Shown here in pieces: positions 25,207 to 33,320 of a stretch of 33,320 bases of DNA. Both the position numbers and the translations under genes were made by a program. Source of the stretch: a bacterium (GTDB taxonomy: Bacteria; Patescibacteriota; Minisyncoccia; Phycocordibacterales; UBA918). The notes under the pieces were generated by a model. The model was not told where the DNA came from. It ran no database searches and was given only the letters and a program-made list of their open reading frames with translations. The stretch's first letter is position 1; each line of letters starts with the position of its first letter. The DNA lies in assembly GCA_002710785.1 (NCBI GenBank), contig PAMC01000006.1, positions 1 through 33,320 of the forward strand, given 5' to 3'.

Positions 25207-27657
25207 TTACTCTTCAGTTGTTACGGCCTCGGGGGTGTTGGTAGTGGTGGTTACCAAGTCGGTCTCGGCAGCCGCCTCAGAGACGCTCTCGGGTGTTCGG
25301 TCGAGCTCTGCCTCATCGAACGGTTCCAGCGCATCAGGAGTAGAGGTTGCCGCTGCAGCAACGTCGAGCTGGCTTAGCTGCGCCGTCACCACTTCGTTAC
25401 CTGGATTAAGCTCTTGGACGCGCATGAGGTCAGCCCGGGCAGCATCGAGCTCACCAAGGGCAGCTAGCGCTAAACCACGTACGTAGCGGGCGTTAGCGTA
25501 ATCTGGGTCAAGTCGCACCGCTTCGCTAAGGGCAGCGACAGCTCGCTCAAGATCATTGTTGGCTTGGTAGAGCACACCGAGCTGGTACCAGCGAGCTGGG
25601 TTACTCGGCTCAAACGAGAGCACCGACTCAGTGACGGTGATAGCGTCGGTGACGTTACCGTCGTTGATTTCAATCTGGGCGAGCAGCAAGAGAGCTGGCG
25701 TGTAGTCACGCTTTTTCTGAATCGCTGCACTAGCTGCCTCACGAGCTGTTGCCGCGTCACCCGCAATAAGCGCCAGCTCTGCCTGGATGTAGTCTGGCTG
25801 CGGGCTCTTTGGGTCGCGCGAGCGCACCTCCTCAGCCGCTGCTTGCGCGAGCTCTAGCGCCCCCTCGACCTCTGCCTGTGCGAGCAGTGAGTACGCCTGC
25901 ACGCGAGTGTACCAGTTAGCTGGCTCAGTGGGATCGAGCTGAGTTGCGGTGTCACTCGAACGTACTGCAGCCACAGCAGAGCGTTGGAAGGCTTGCTGCT
26001 GCTCAGCGGTTGGTTCGGTTACACCAAGGAGCTGTCGCACCCGGGCAGTATGCAAAAGCGCATCGGTACGAGCGGTAGCGTCGTCTTGGTAGAGTGCAAA
26101 CGCTTCAGCAAGTTGCTGACTGATTTCTTCAACAGTACCGCCAGCTGTTAGCGCCTGGTTCTGCTTAGCTATCGCCATCAGCTGCTCAGTCATCTGCTGT
26201 AGCACCCAGATTACAGCGATCATAATAAGCACCAAGCTCGCAACCACCACAAAGCTGAGGCGTTGATTGTTAATGAGTGAGAGTGAAAAGAGCTGGCGTG
26301 GTCGGATCGAGAAGCTGAGCCCAATGTAGAGGCCAGTGAGCGCACAGCCGAGCACAAATATGGTGACACTTGGGTTTGCAAAGAACGTGCTCACCCACAT
26401 GAACATCGCGAGTACGTAGCTCGTTTGGGCTAAGCGGTAGCGGACATCTTTGTGGACGGTTTCGGTGAGTAGGAACGTGCGCACTCCCGAAATGACCAAC
26501 AGTGCCATAAAGAGCAACCACGCGGCCACACCCAAGATGCCGTTCTCGGCGGCTTGGGTCAGCGTAAAACTGTGCCCACTACTGAAGTTGGTGTCCCAGA
26601 AGATGGTCTGGTTGATAGTGTCCGATTTGTGGACACGCCAGGCATCAGCGTAGCGCCCCGGACCAACGCCAGTTAACGCATCCTCGCCCCAGACACCACG
26701 TACCACATCGAGCGACGCACGCACTGACGGACGAACCTCTACGTACGAGCTGTCAGTTGCGTTAGCGAGCCAGGTTTGCAATGTGTTACCACCTAAAAAC
26801 ACGACCATTGCGCCAAAGAAAACAACACCGGCAAACACCAGAAGCCAGCTAACACCGAATTTTGTTTCAGCTAAAAATGCCGGGGTGGGCTCGCTCTGTC
26901 GGCGCGTAATTGCCATCACCACCACCGAGAGTGAGATAATACCCAAGAGTACCCATAGCGCAGTGTTATTAATCACCAGAAGGACAAATACCGCTGCCAC
27001 AAGCGCTACGAGCATCGCCCACCGCTGCCAGCGCCTGCCGCCAGCGTGCGTGATGCTAAGCAAGAGCGCTAACACGAGGCCCGCTGCCAAAATGGCAACG
27101 TCACTCCAGCTACCGAGCGGGCTCGACGCCTGAGCTGGAAACAGGCCAAACGACAGGTCAAAACCAAGGAGGAGACGAAGCGTATGCCAAAACATCAGCA
27201 CTGCACTCGTAACCAAGAGTAACGTTGCTACCCACACTGCGGTAGCAGTGTGACGAGCAGTAATAGCCATCACCGTCAGCGTAAATATGCCGACGCCAAT
27301 TACTCCAGCCGTGTACGTACCACCAAGTATTGAGCTAAGACTGTCGCTCACGTCACCCGAGAGACCGGCGGTAACAAGCGCCGCCAAAAACACCAGCCAG
27401 CCAGCTGCCAGCGTGGCTGATGTTGGTACTTCGAGGGTACCCAGTCGCAACACCAAGAGTGCACTGACTACCAGCGCCACACAAAGAAGCACCGCCACAA
27501 TGTAGAGCTTTCCGTCCAGGAGCGGGACCGAGGTAACAGGAATAAACATAATTGGCGCAAAGCTCACCGCGCCAATCAAGCTCAGACGTGCAACCCAGGT
27601 TAAGATGCGAGCAACCGCGTCGTGTTCACTCGTCGCTTGTGGTGTAAACATCCCCAT
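25207..27657 (-). CDS. O-antigen-ligase-like polytopic membrane protein with C-terminal TPR repeats
   Basis: About 12 TM segments, GVGPG..H..AENGILG Wzy_C-like loop and TPR motifs. Start moved to ATG 27657 because the upstream extension overlaps rnpB. Confidence 0.85.
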   Translation of the reverse strand: MGMFTPQATSEHDAVARILTWVARLSLIGAVSFAPIMFIPVTSVPLLDGKLYIVAVLLCVALVVSALLVLRLGTLEVPTSATLAAGWLVFLAALVTAGLSGDVSDSLSSILGGTYTAGVIGVGIFTLTVMAITARHTATAVWVATLLLVTSAVLMFWHTLRLLLGFDLSFGLFPAQASSPLGSWSDVAILAAGLVLALLLSITHAGGRRWQRWAMLVALVAAVFVLLVINNTALWVLLGIISLSVVVMAITRRQSEPTPAFLAETKFGVSWLLVFAGVVFFGAMVVFLGGNTLQTWLANATDSSYVEVRPSVRASLDVVRGVWGEDALTGVGPGRYADAWRVHKSDTINQTIFWDTNFSSGHSFTLTQAAENGILGVAAWLLFMALLVISGVRTFLLTETVHKDVRYRLAQTSYVLAMFMWVSTFFANPSVTIFVLGCALTGLYIGLSFSIRPRQLFSLSLINNQRLSFVVVASLVLIMIAVIWVLQQMTEQLMAIAKQNQALTAGGTVEEISQQLAEAFALYQDDATARTDALLHTARVRQLLGVTEPTAEQQQAFQRSAVAAVRSSDTATQLDPTEPANWYTRVQAYSLLAQAEVEGALELAQAAAEEVRSRDPKSPQPDYIQAELALIAGDAATAREAASAAIQKKRDYTPALLLLAQIEINDGNVTDAITVTESVLSFEPSNPARWYQLGVLYQANNDLERAVAALSEAVRLDPDYANARYVRGLALAALGELDAARADLMRVQELNPGNEVVTAQLSQLDVAAAATSTPDALEPFDEAELDRTPESVSEAAAETDLVTTTTNTPEAVTTEE

Positions 27658-27702
27658 ACGTTTCTGACTGTTTATCTTGTATCGCTTTAGCATACCACAA
27701 CC

Positions 27703-27726
27703 AAAAACTCCCCCCGAGAGGGAGTT
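27703..27726 (-). terminator. Terminator of rnpB
   Basis: Minus strand AACTCCC..GGGAGTTTTT. Confidence 0.7.
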
Positions 27727-27729
27727 CTG

Positions 27730-28137
27730 GGCACCTATAAGCCGAATTCTGTCGCTTTTCACGAGTGAAAAGCGGATGATCATATACCTGGGGTCGACAT
27801 TGCTGTCGAGCTCCTGCGGCTCTCCTGGCACCACTTATACTTTGAAGCCTTCAAAGTATAAGTGGTGCCGGCACGGCCTTGCACACCGGTAAGGATTTAG
27901 CCGTTTCACTTCGCGTGTTGCCACGCGAGCTACTCCCAGAGGGAGCTCCATTGCTTTCGCGCCGGACGTCTCTGCTCGCACCTCTCTGCCGGTAACCGAC
28001 AGCGACGGGTGTTACCCGCTACCTTGCTACTGGTGCCGGTGGCACCAGTGTGTGTTCGGACTTTCCTCCGTGTCCTGGCGGATGCACTCTAGCGTGACTC
28101 GAGTGCATTCGCCAGGACACGGCGACCATCAGATGCC
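27730..28137 (-). ncRNA. rnpB: RNase P RNA
   Basis: Minus strand GAGGAAAGTCCG and ACAGAATTCGGCTTAT universal motifs, P1 GGCATCT/AGGTGCC, long P3 hairpin, -10 TATAGT at 28143-28148. Confidence 0.96.
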
Positions 28138-28154
28138 TGGATACTATACCACAA

Positions 28155-28658
28155 TTATATTGGTTGTAAATCATCAGGCAGAACGTCCACCGGAATCGAG
28201 GCTTGCTGTCCAACTTGTATTTTGAATGATTCCACGGTAAAAGCTGGTACTTCGAGCACAAACCGGGCTGGTACCGGAGAGCTAAAGGTGGTTGGGTACG
28301 TGTCTGGTGTCACGTTCTCCTCGATATGCACCACGGTGAAGTTTTCGTCGATCCATATCATATCGAGTGCGTAACGCATATCCTTCATCCACATACCGTA
28401 GCGATCAGATGTGTCAAAGACAAAAAGCATACCAGTCTGGTCTACCAGCGGCGCTGTATTCGAGAGACCGCGTCTCCACTCGGCTGGCTCATCGGCGACA
28501 GTAACCGAGAAGAAGACCTCAGAGATAAACATCGTGTACTGCACCCGTACCCCGAGCCAGTCGTAAATCTCTTGGTGGTAGTTAGCGTACACGTACCACA
28601 AGCTGACTAGCAGAACGCCAGCCAGAACTACAAATGAAATGATCGAATTACGTAACAT
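28155..28658 (-). CDS. DUF192-family protein
   Basis: VAD...RRGLS, GMLFVF, MWMKDMRYALDMIWID, FVLEVPA, N-terminal TM helix. Confidence 0.92.
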   Translation of the reverse strand: MLRNSIISFVVLAGVLLVSLWYVYANYHQEIYDWLGVRVQYTMFISEVFFSVTVADEPAEWRRGLSNTAPLVDQTGMLFVFDTSDRYGMWMKDMRYALDMIWIDENFTVVHIEENVTPDTYPTTFSSPVPARFVLEVPAFTVESFKIQVGQQASIPVDVLPDDLQPI

Positions 28659-28664
28659 ATCGAT

Positions 28665-29045
28665 TTACCACGGCCACCACCACACCAGGAGCGCGGCGCT
28701 CAGCAAGAGGACACCATGCCAGAGCAGCTGTCGAGCGGTAGCGCTGCCCGCTACCTGCTTAGCGGCGTATCGCTCGAGCGTTGGCACAGACATAAGGGCA
28801 TACACTAACCCGATTAAGAGCAACATCGAAGTAGTCGTCGTACGCGCTACGTACGCGAGTAGTCCAATTGCTGTGGTTAAAACGAGGTACGGCACAAGCA
28901 AACGTGCCGTCTCAAGACTAAAAAGATCACTACCGATAAGTTGTGGTTGAGTCCATCCAAGCGCATGCCACGCTGTAGAAAGGGCAACCAAAAAGAGTGT
29001 CGTACCGACAATTGCTGGTTCGTTCAGTAATGTTGATAGTTCCAT
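28665..29045 (-). CDS. Hypothetical membrane protein
   Basis: About four hydrophobic segments, tight operon spacing. Confidence 0.78.
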   Translation of the reverse strand: MELSTLLNEPAIVGTTLFLVALSTAWHALGWTQPQLIGSDLFSLETARLLVPYLVLTTAIGLLAYVARTTTTSMLLLIGLVYALMSVPTLERYAAKQVAGSATARQLLWHGVLLLSAALLVWWWPW

Positions 29046-29048
29046 ACG

Positions 29049-29453
29049 CTAGATAAAATTGAGATACACGGCTACACTCAGCGCCGATACGCTGGCGCCC
29101 AAGATCATGCCCCACGCCATGTCGACTATCGTCATAAGAAGTGGCCAGTCCTTGAGCGTAGCCATGTTGGTTAGGTCGTAGGCGGCGTAGATGAAAAATC
29201 CGTACAACCCACCGAGCAGCGCAGCAGTAGCAATCGAGCTGGCCGTAGCCGCTGGGTACACGGCAAAGTACGTTAAGCCAGCCAAGAAGATAAAGTAAAA
29301 CGCCAACGCAGCTGGCCAGTTAATGTCACCTCGCAGGTGGCCTATTTGGTTCGTGTAAAAACTATTGGCAAACACACCAATCCAGAGCAAATCAACCACT
29401 AAGAAGACCGGGAGTGAAATTGCGTAGAGGGCAAAGAATTGCGACCACTGCAT
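29049..29453 (-). CDS. DUF2177-family membrane protein
   Basis: DLLWIG, YDLTNMATLKDWP, VDMAWG. Confidence 0.92.
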   Translation of the reverse strand: MQWSQFFALYAISLPVFLVVDLLWIGVFANSFYTNQIGHLRGDINWPAALAFYFIFLAGLTYFAVYPAATASSIATAALLGGLYGFFIYAAYDLTNMATLKDWPLLMTIVDMAWGMILGASVSALSVAVYLNFI

Positions 29454-29510
29454 ACGCTACTAGTATAACAGACCTGCCCTACGCACCCGCTGGTTGCTAT
29501 ACTAGACGGC

Positions 29511-30524
29511 ATGTGGCAAACCCCGCTCATTAACCTATCGCGACCATGGCGTTTTTTCGTACGTGGTTTATTTGTCGTGCTCGTACTGTTGATGACCGTA
29601 GCGTCGGTTGGTGTCGTTAGCCTACTGCAAAACATTGAGTTTGCCGTACACACGGTGACCGAGCCCGACCGCCCTCCGTTTCCACTCGGTGTCGACCCTG
29701 CTGCAGAAGCAATTATCGAGCAACCAGAGGTAGACTCCTTCCGCGAGGTGTTCGTTGCCCAGAGTCCGCGACAACCAGTTAAAAACAACTGGTTTGACCG
29801 GGTAGTGGGTGTGCTCGCGCAGTCCGCGTGGTTACAAAATCTGGCGCTCAGCAGCAGCCGAGTACTGGTTGTGTACGCGGGCGAGCGGCACGAGGAGGTG
29901 GCAGCCAATTTTGCCGGCATTTTACACTGGGATGCAGCAGAAAAAGCGCAGTTCATTAGCCTCGTGCAAGAGGCGCAACCGGATTTACCCGAGGGCACCT
30001 TCTTACCTGGTAAGTACGTGGTCGCCAAAGATGCCGACCCAAGCACAGTCGCACAAATGCTCATCGACGGCTTTGCCCGCGAGGTCCAACAGCGTTACCC
30101 GAGCAACATCGAAGCCGTGGTGCCACTCAACGAAGCGCTCACGATCGCTTCCCTCTTAGAACGCGAGGCGTACGACTTTACCGACATGCGTGAAATTTCG
30201 GGTGTTATCTGGAACCGCCTCTTCCTCGACATGCCGTTGCAGTTGGACGCTACACTGCAGTACGTGCGGGGCAGCGAGCCAACCGGTCCGTGGTGGCCAA
30301 CTCCCCGTTCGAAAGATAAATGGCTCGACTCGCCATTTAACACGTACCAAAACGAAGGACTCCCACCTCACCCAATTGCCAATCCATCAGTAGAGGCCAT
30401 TTTGGCAGCTCTAAATCCCATCGAAACCGACTGCCTCTTTTACATCCACGCCCCTGGTGGTGCGTTTTACTGCGCTGCCACATACCCAGAGCACCAAGCA
30501 AACATTAATCGCTACCTCCGATAG
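29511..30524 (+). CDS. mltG: Endolytic transglycosylase MltG (YceG family)
   Basis: EGTFLPGKY, ASLLEREA, NRL..MPLQLDAT, SPFNTY..GLPPHPIANP. Confidence 0.92.
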   Translation: MWQTPLINLSRPWRFFVRGLFVVLVLLMTVASVGVVSLLQNIEFAVHTVTEPDRPPFPLGVDPAAEAIIEQPEVDSFREVFVAQSPRQPVKNNWFDRVVGVLAQSAWLQNLALSSSRVLVVYAGERHEEVAANFAGILHWDAAEKAQFISLVQEAQPDLPEGTFLPGKYVVAKDADPSTVAQMLIDGFAREVQQRYPSNIEAVVPLNEALTIASLLEREAYDFTDMREISGVIWNRLFLDMPLQLDATLQYVRGSEPTGPWWPTPRSKDKWLDSPFNTYQNEGLPPHPIANPSVEAILAALNPIETDCLFYIHAPGGAFYCAATYPEHQANINRYLR

Positions 30525-30950
30525 CTATTCTTCGCGCTCGCACTCGGCTACCGCAATCATTCGGTACACGGTACGAATGTTGTAGATATCTTCATCAATC
30601 TCGACGAGGGTAACCTGATCGTTTTCAATGCAAACTTCCATGAGTTCGACAAAGCGTTTGGTGGCCTTTTTAATGGCGTACTCGGTTTGCGCTTCTTCGA
30701 GTGCCCCGAGCAGTAGCTTAAACTCCATCGCTACAATGTCGCGCGTGCGCAGGTAGTCTTCGGTCGCTTTTACGTACTGCTGGCACGCCTCCTCCGTCAT
30801 CTCCCAGTCGCTGTGGAATGGCCCGTATTGTTTATGAAAGTCTCCAGCAATGTCGGTGAGGCAGCGCGTAAAAAAGCGGAGGCGACTCTCAAAACGTTGT
30901 CGCTCGAGGTCGAATCGGTGTAACGAGGTTTGGAGGGTGCTCGTTTCCAT
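30525..30950 (-). CDS. Hypothetical helical protein (141 aa)
   Basis: Open frame convergent on mltG, TATCAT 6 nt upstream of the ATG. Confidence 0.75.
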   Translation of the reverse strand: METSTLQTSLHRFDLERQRFESRLRFFTRCLTDIAGDFHKQYGPFHSDWEMTEEACQQYVKATEDYLRTRDIVAMEFKLLLGALEEAQTEYAIKKATKRFVELMEVCIENDQVTLVEIDEDIYNIRTVYRMIAVAECEREE

Positions 30951-31053
30951 ACCTTCATGATAGGGAGACCCCTCCCGCTTGGCGAGTGCCTGCCGGTGAT
31001 AACTTTTTACTAATCAACCAAGGCTGGTTGACGAGAGCGCTAATCTACGAAAC

Positions 31054-31797
31054 TCAGAAGCGCACGTAACGCACTTCAGCGCCGGCTTCGGTCATCTGCC
31101 CCTGCACCGTCACCTTGGTTGTCTCAGCAAACTGCTCAGGGTTGCAAGTTGTCTCAATTTCGTCTGCACTCACGCAGGTGCTCTCAGCAGAGAAGAAAAG
31201 TGGCACCACGCCAGCTGGCTGGCCAGGGGTGAGAAACACCAGATGCCAGTACTCCGAGTTATAGGGGGCTGGTACGCTCTTTAGGAGTTGGCCCGTTTGC
31301 TCAAAACTAAATTCACGCTCTGGTGCCGACTCCCCCGACTGACACATAATCTCGCTAATTTGCCATTCGCCATCAACCGCGGTGAGCGAAACAACCGCGT
31401 AGTTGGGTGACTTCTCAGGTAAACCGCGGCTCAGCACCTGTACCTGGGCGGAGAAATCTTGCTGAAAGAGCGGCTTAGCACCAACTCGTTCCGGTAGCAC
31501 CGTTTGACAAAGCACGGGTTCAACCTCGCTCTCGCGATTGTCTGCCAAGTATAGTTGAGCAGCTGTCCCCAAAACTGAGCTTTCAGCCAAGCCAGCGTCG
31601 TACGGGTTGGTAGTGGTGCTCAAACGAGCATCGAGCCACGGGTTGTAGAAGTCGAGGACTACATCAATTGGATCGACGGCAGGTGGGGTTTGCTCCCCAG
31701 CCGGCTGTGTTGGTTGTAGCACTTCCCCACCACGACCAAAGACAATGACTAAGATAATTGCCATCAGTAACACCAGGATTATCAGATTTCGTTTCAT
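31054..31797 (-). CDS. Membrane-anchored or secreted hypothetical protein (247 aa)
   Basis: N-terminal signal/TM helix, four Cys, acidic ectodomain. Confidence 0.82.
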   Translation of the reverse strand: MKRNLIILVLLMAIILVIVFGRGGEVLQPTQPAGEQTPPAVDPIDVVLDFYNPWLDARLSTTTNPYDAGLAESSVLGTAAQLYLADNRESEVEPVLCQTVLPERVGAKPLFQQDFSAQVQVLSRGLPEKSPNYAVVSLTAVDGEWQISEIMCQSGESAPEREFSFEQTGQLLKSVPAPYNSEYWHLVFLTPGQPAGVVPLFFSAESTCVSADEIETTCNPEQFAETTKVTVQGQMTEAGAEVRYVRF

Positions 31798-31883
31798 AGA
31801 AAATTACTTAGAGCTTAAGAGTAGCATGGTTTTAGGGGTTGTGCTGATGTTTGGGAGGGGTTGGGGCTGCTATCCCGGTTAAT

Positions 31884-33122
31884 TTAATTTGGAATAAATG
31901 TTAGTGCCATGCCACGCTCGTTGCCACGGCCAGTGCGACCGATGCGGTGCACGTAATCCTCGAAGGTGTTCGGTAGGTCATAGTTGATGACATGTGAGAC
32001 ATTATCGACATGAATGCCACGAGCGGCAACGTCGGTTGCCACCAACACCTTAGCATGACCACTTTTGAACCGTTTGAGTGAGTGCTGTCGCTGGTTATGA
32101 TTCTTGTTGCCATGAATTGATTCAGCTTTAATGCCGCTTTGATTTAGGGCTTTTCCTAGTTTCTCAACAGTATGTTTCATTGCTCCGAAAACGATAACGC
32201 GTGAGAGCTCGTCCCGACCCAGGAGCTCTACCAGCGTTTCGTACTTTTTATCTTTGTCGTGTTGTACGACATCTTGCATGATGCTGTCAGCAACCTCTTT
32301 TTTCTTCACGGAGATAACAACCGGTTCAACCATAAAGTCATGGATTAGGTTCTCGGTCTTTTTGTCCATAGTTGCGGAGAAGAACAGTGTATGTCGCGGC
32401 TCTGGTAATTCAGTCAAAATTGTACGCATGTCGTGAATAAAGCCCATGTCGAGCATACGATCGGCCTCATCCAACACAACTGAGTTGATACGCTCAACTG
32501 GTAATCGCCCCCGTTCCATCAGATCTTTAATGCGTCCTGGCGTACCGATGATGAAATGGTTGGTGCGGCGTAACTGACGAATTTGCGGACCGATGCTGGT
32601 ACCGCCGACACAGACGGTTGAAAAGAAGCGGAAGTTTTTACTGAGCTTACGCAACTCCGTGTCTACCTGAATTGCCAGCTCGCGGGTTGGCGTCAGAATG
32701 AGCGTGATTTTCTTAACATCTCTTTTCTTCAGTTCGATCAGAGGAATTAGAAAGGCAGCCGTTTTGCCGGTGCCAGTTTCTGCCAAACCAACCACGTCTG
32801 TACCTTCAAGGATATGCGGGATGGCCTGATCCTGAATCGGTGACGGAGTGTTGAGACCCATTCCGGCCAAAGCTTTCTTTAGGCGTCCATCAATAGCAAA
32901 ATCGGCAAAAGTGTGTTTAGGAACATACACCTCTTCTGTAGCTTCAATCGGGTTCTTGTTAATGAATTGTGTCGGATCAAAAGTTGGCATGACCCTTGCA
33001 TTCCCTCGGCGGGCCCTCGTTGGCCGCCCTGCACGAGAACGGTTTCCTCTTGGGCGCTCCGAAGAAGAATACGAACGACGGCGTCCACGCAGGCGTGGAC
33101 CACGATTTCTGGTAGTTTGCAT
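31884..33122 (-). CDS. DEAD-box RNA helicase (RhlE-like)
   Basis: Q motif, AETGTGKT, PTRELA, DEAD, SAT, HRIGRTGR, Arg-rich N-terminal tail. Confidence 0.97.
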   Translation of the reverse strand: MQTTRNRGPRLRGRRRSYSSSERPRGNRSRAGRPTRARRGNARVMPTFDPTQFINKNPIEATEEVYVPKHTFADFAIDGRLKKALAGMGLNTPSPIQDQAIPHILEGTDVVGLAETGTGKTAAFLIPLIELKKRDVKKITLILTPTRELAIQVDTELRKLSKNFRFFSTVCVGGTSIGPQIRQLRRTNHFIIGTPGRIKDLMERGRLPVERINSVVLDEADRMLDMGFIHDMRTILTELPEPRHTLFFSATMDKKTENLIHDFMVEPVVISVKKKEVADSIMQDVVQHDKDKKYETLVELLGRDELSRVIVFGAMKHTVEKLGKALNQSGIKAESIHGNKNHNQRQHSLKRFKSGHAKVLVATDVAARGIHVDNVSHVINYDLPNTFEDYVHRIGRTGRGNERGMALTFIPN

Positions 33123-33274
33123 TATGTTGTAGTTAGGAGCAGCAACATGCTGCTCTGGGCGGTGCAGGTAGTAAATGGAGAGACAAGAAGCGGATCTAGC
33201 GTCACCTGCTTAAGAGCCCTACACGAGTTTCTTTAGCTCAACAAAAATAACATATAAAGTTTATATGTCAAATA

Positions 33275-33295
33275 TGCTGGCGGACAGGGATCGAA
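33275..33295 (-). other. Possible tRNA-Gln 3'-end remnant
   Basis: Minus strand TTCGATCCCTGTCCGCCAGCA resembles T-loop plus acceptor 3' strand, but the matching 5' T-stem is absent. Confidence 0.35.
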
Positions 33296-33320
33296 GCTTA
33301 CAGCTTCAGTACAGGTTGTC

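Noticed and set aside
27658-27834. N-terminal extension of the 875-aa ORF, and ORF 27677-27892
   Set aside because: They overlap RNase P RNA and its terminator. ATG 27657 is the plausible start.

Overview
A 33.3-kb bacterial chromosomal segment. Gene content and style suggest Patescibacteria/CPR (Parcubacteria-like), which is an inference from the short ValRS, CPR-type 'VLGAST-C' peptidoglycan-binding domain, tRNA-linked HTH/LAGLIDADG-like ORF and frequent leaderless starts. It is mostly housekeeping: glmS, an ABC exporter, MYG1-family nuclease, tsaD, valS, PrsW, Hsp20, a glutaredoxin, FtsB/DivIC-like, lepA, murJ, an O-antigen-ligase-like/TPR protein, DUF192, DUF2177, mltG and a DEAD-box helicase. 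It also carries four tRNAs (Glu, Val, Phe, Arg) and RNase P RNA. No transposase, integrase or CRISPR array was seen. The most unusual items are: (1) a 132-nt non-canonical tRNA-like RNA with an 82-nt structured insert forming the 5' leader of tsaD; (2) a three-gene operon of secreted proteins sharing an 'N-x-A...AN(T/S)GGN...I-x-TG(D)A...N-x-x-N-x-N' repeat, a candidate surface filament/adhesin system; (3) a ~240-nt promoter- and terminator-bounded multi-hairpin candidate ncRNA near tRNA-Glu; (4) an HTH/LAGLIDADG-like ORF whose stop codon lies inside tRNA-Val. All structure calls were made by eye and no database searches were run.
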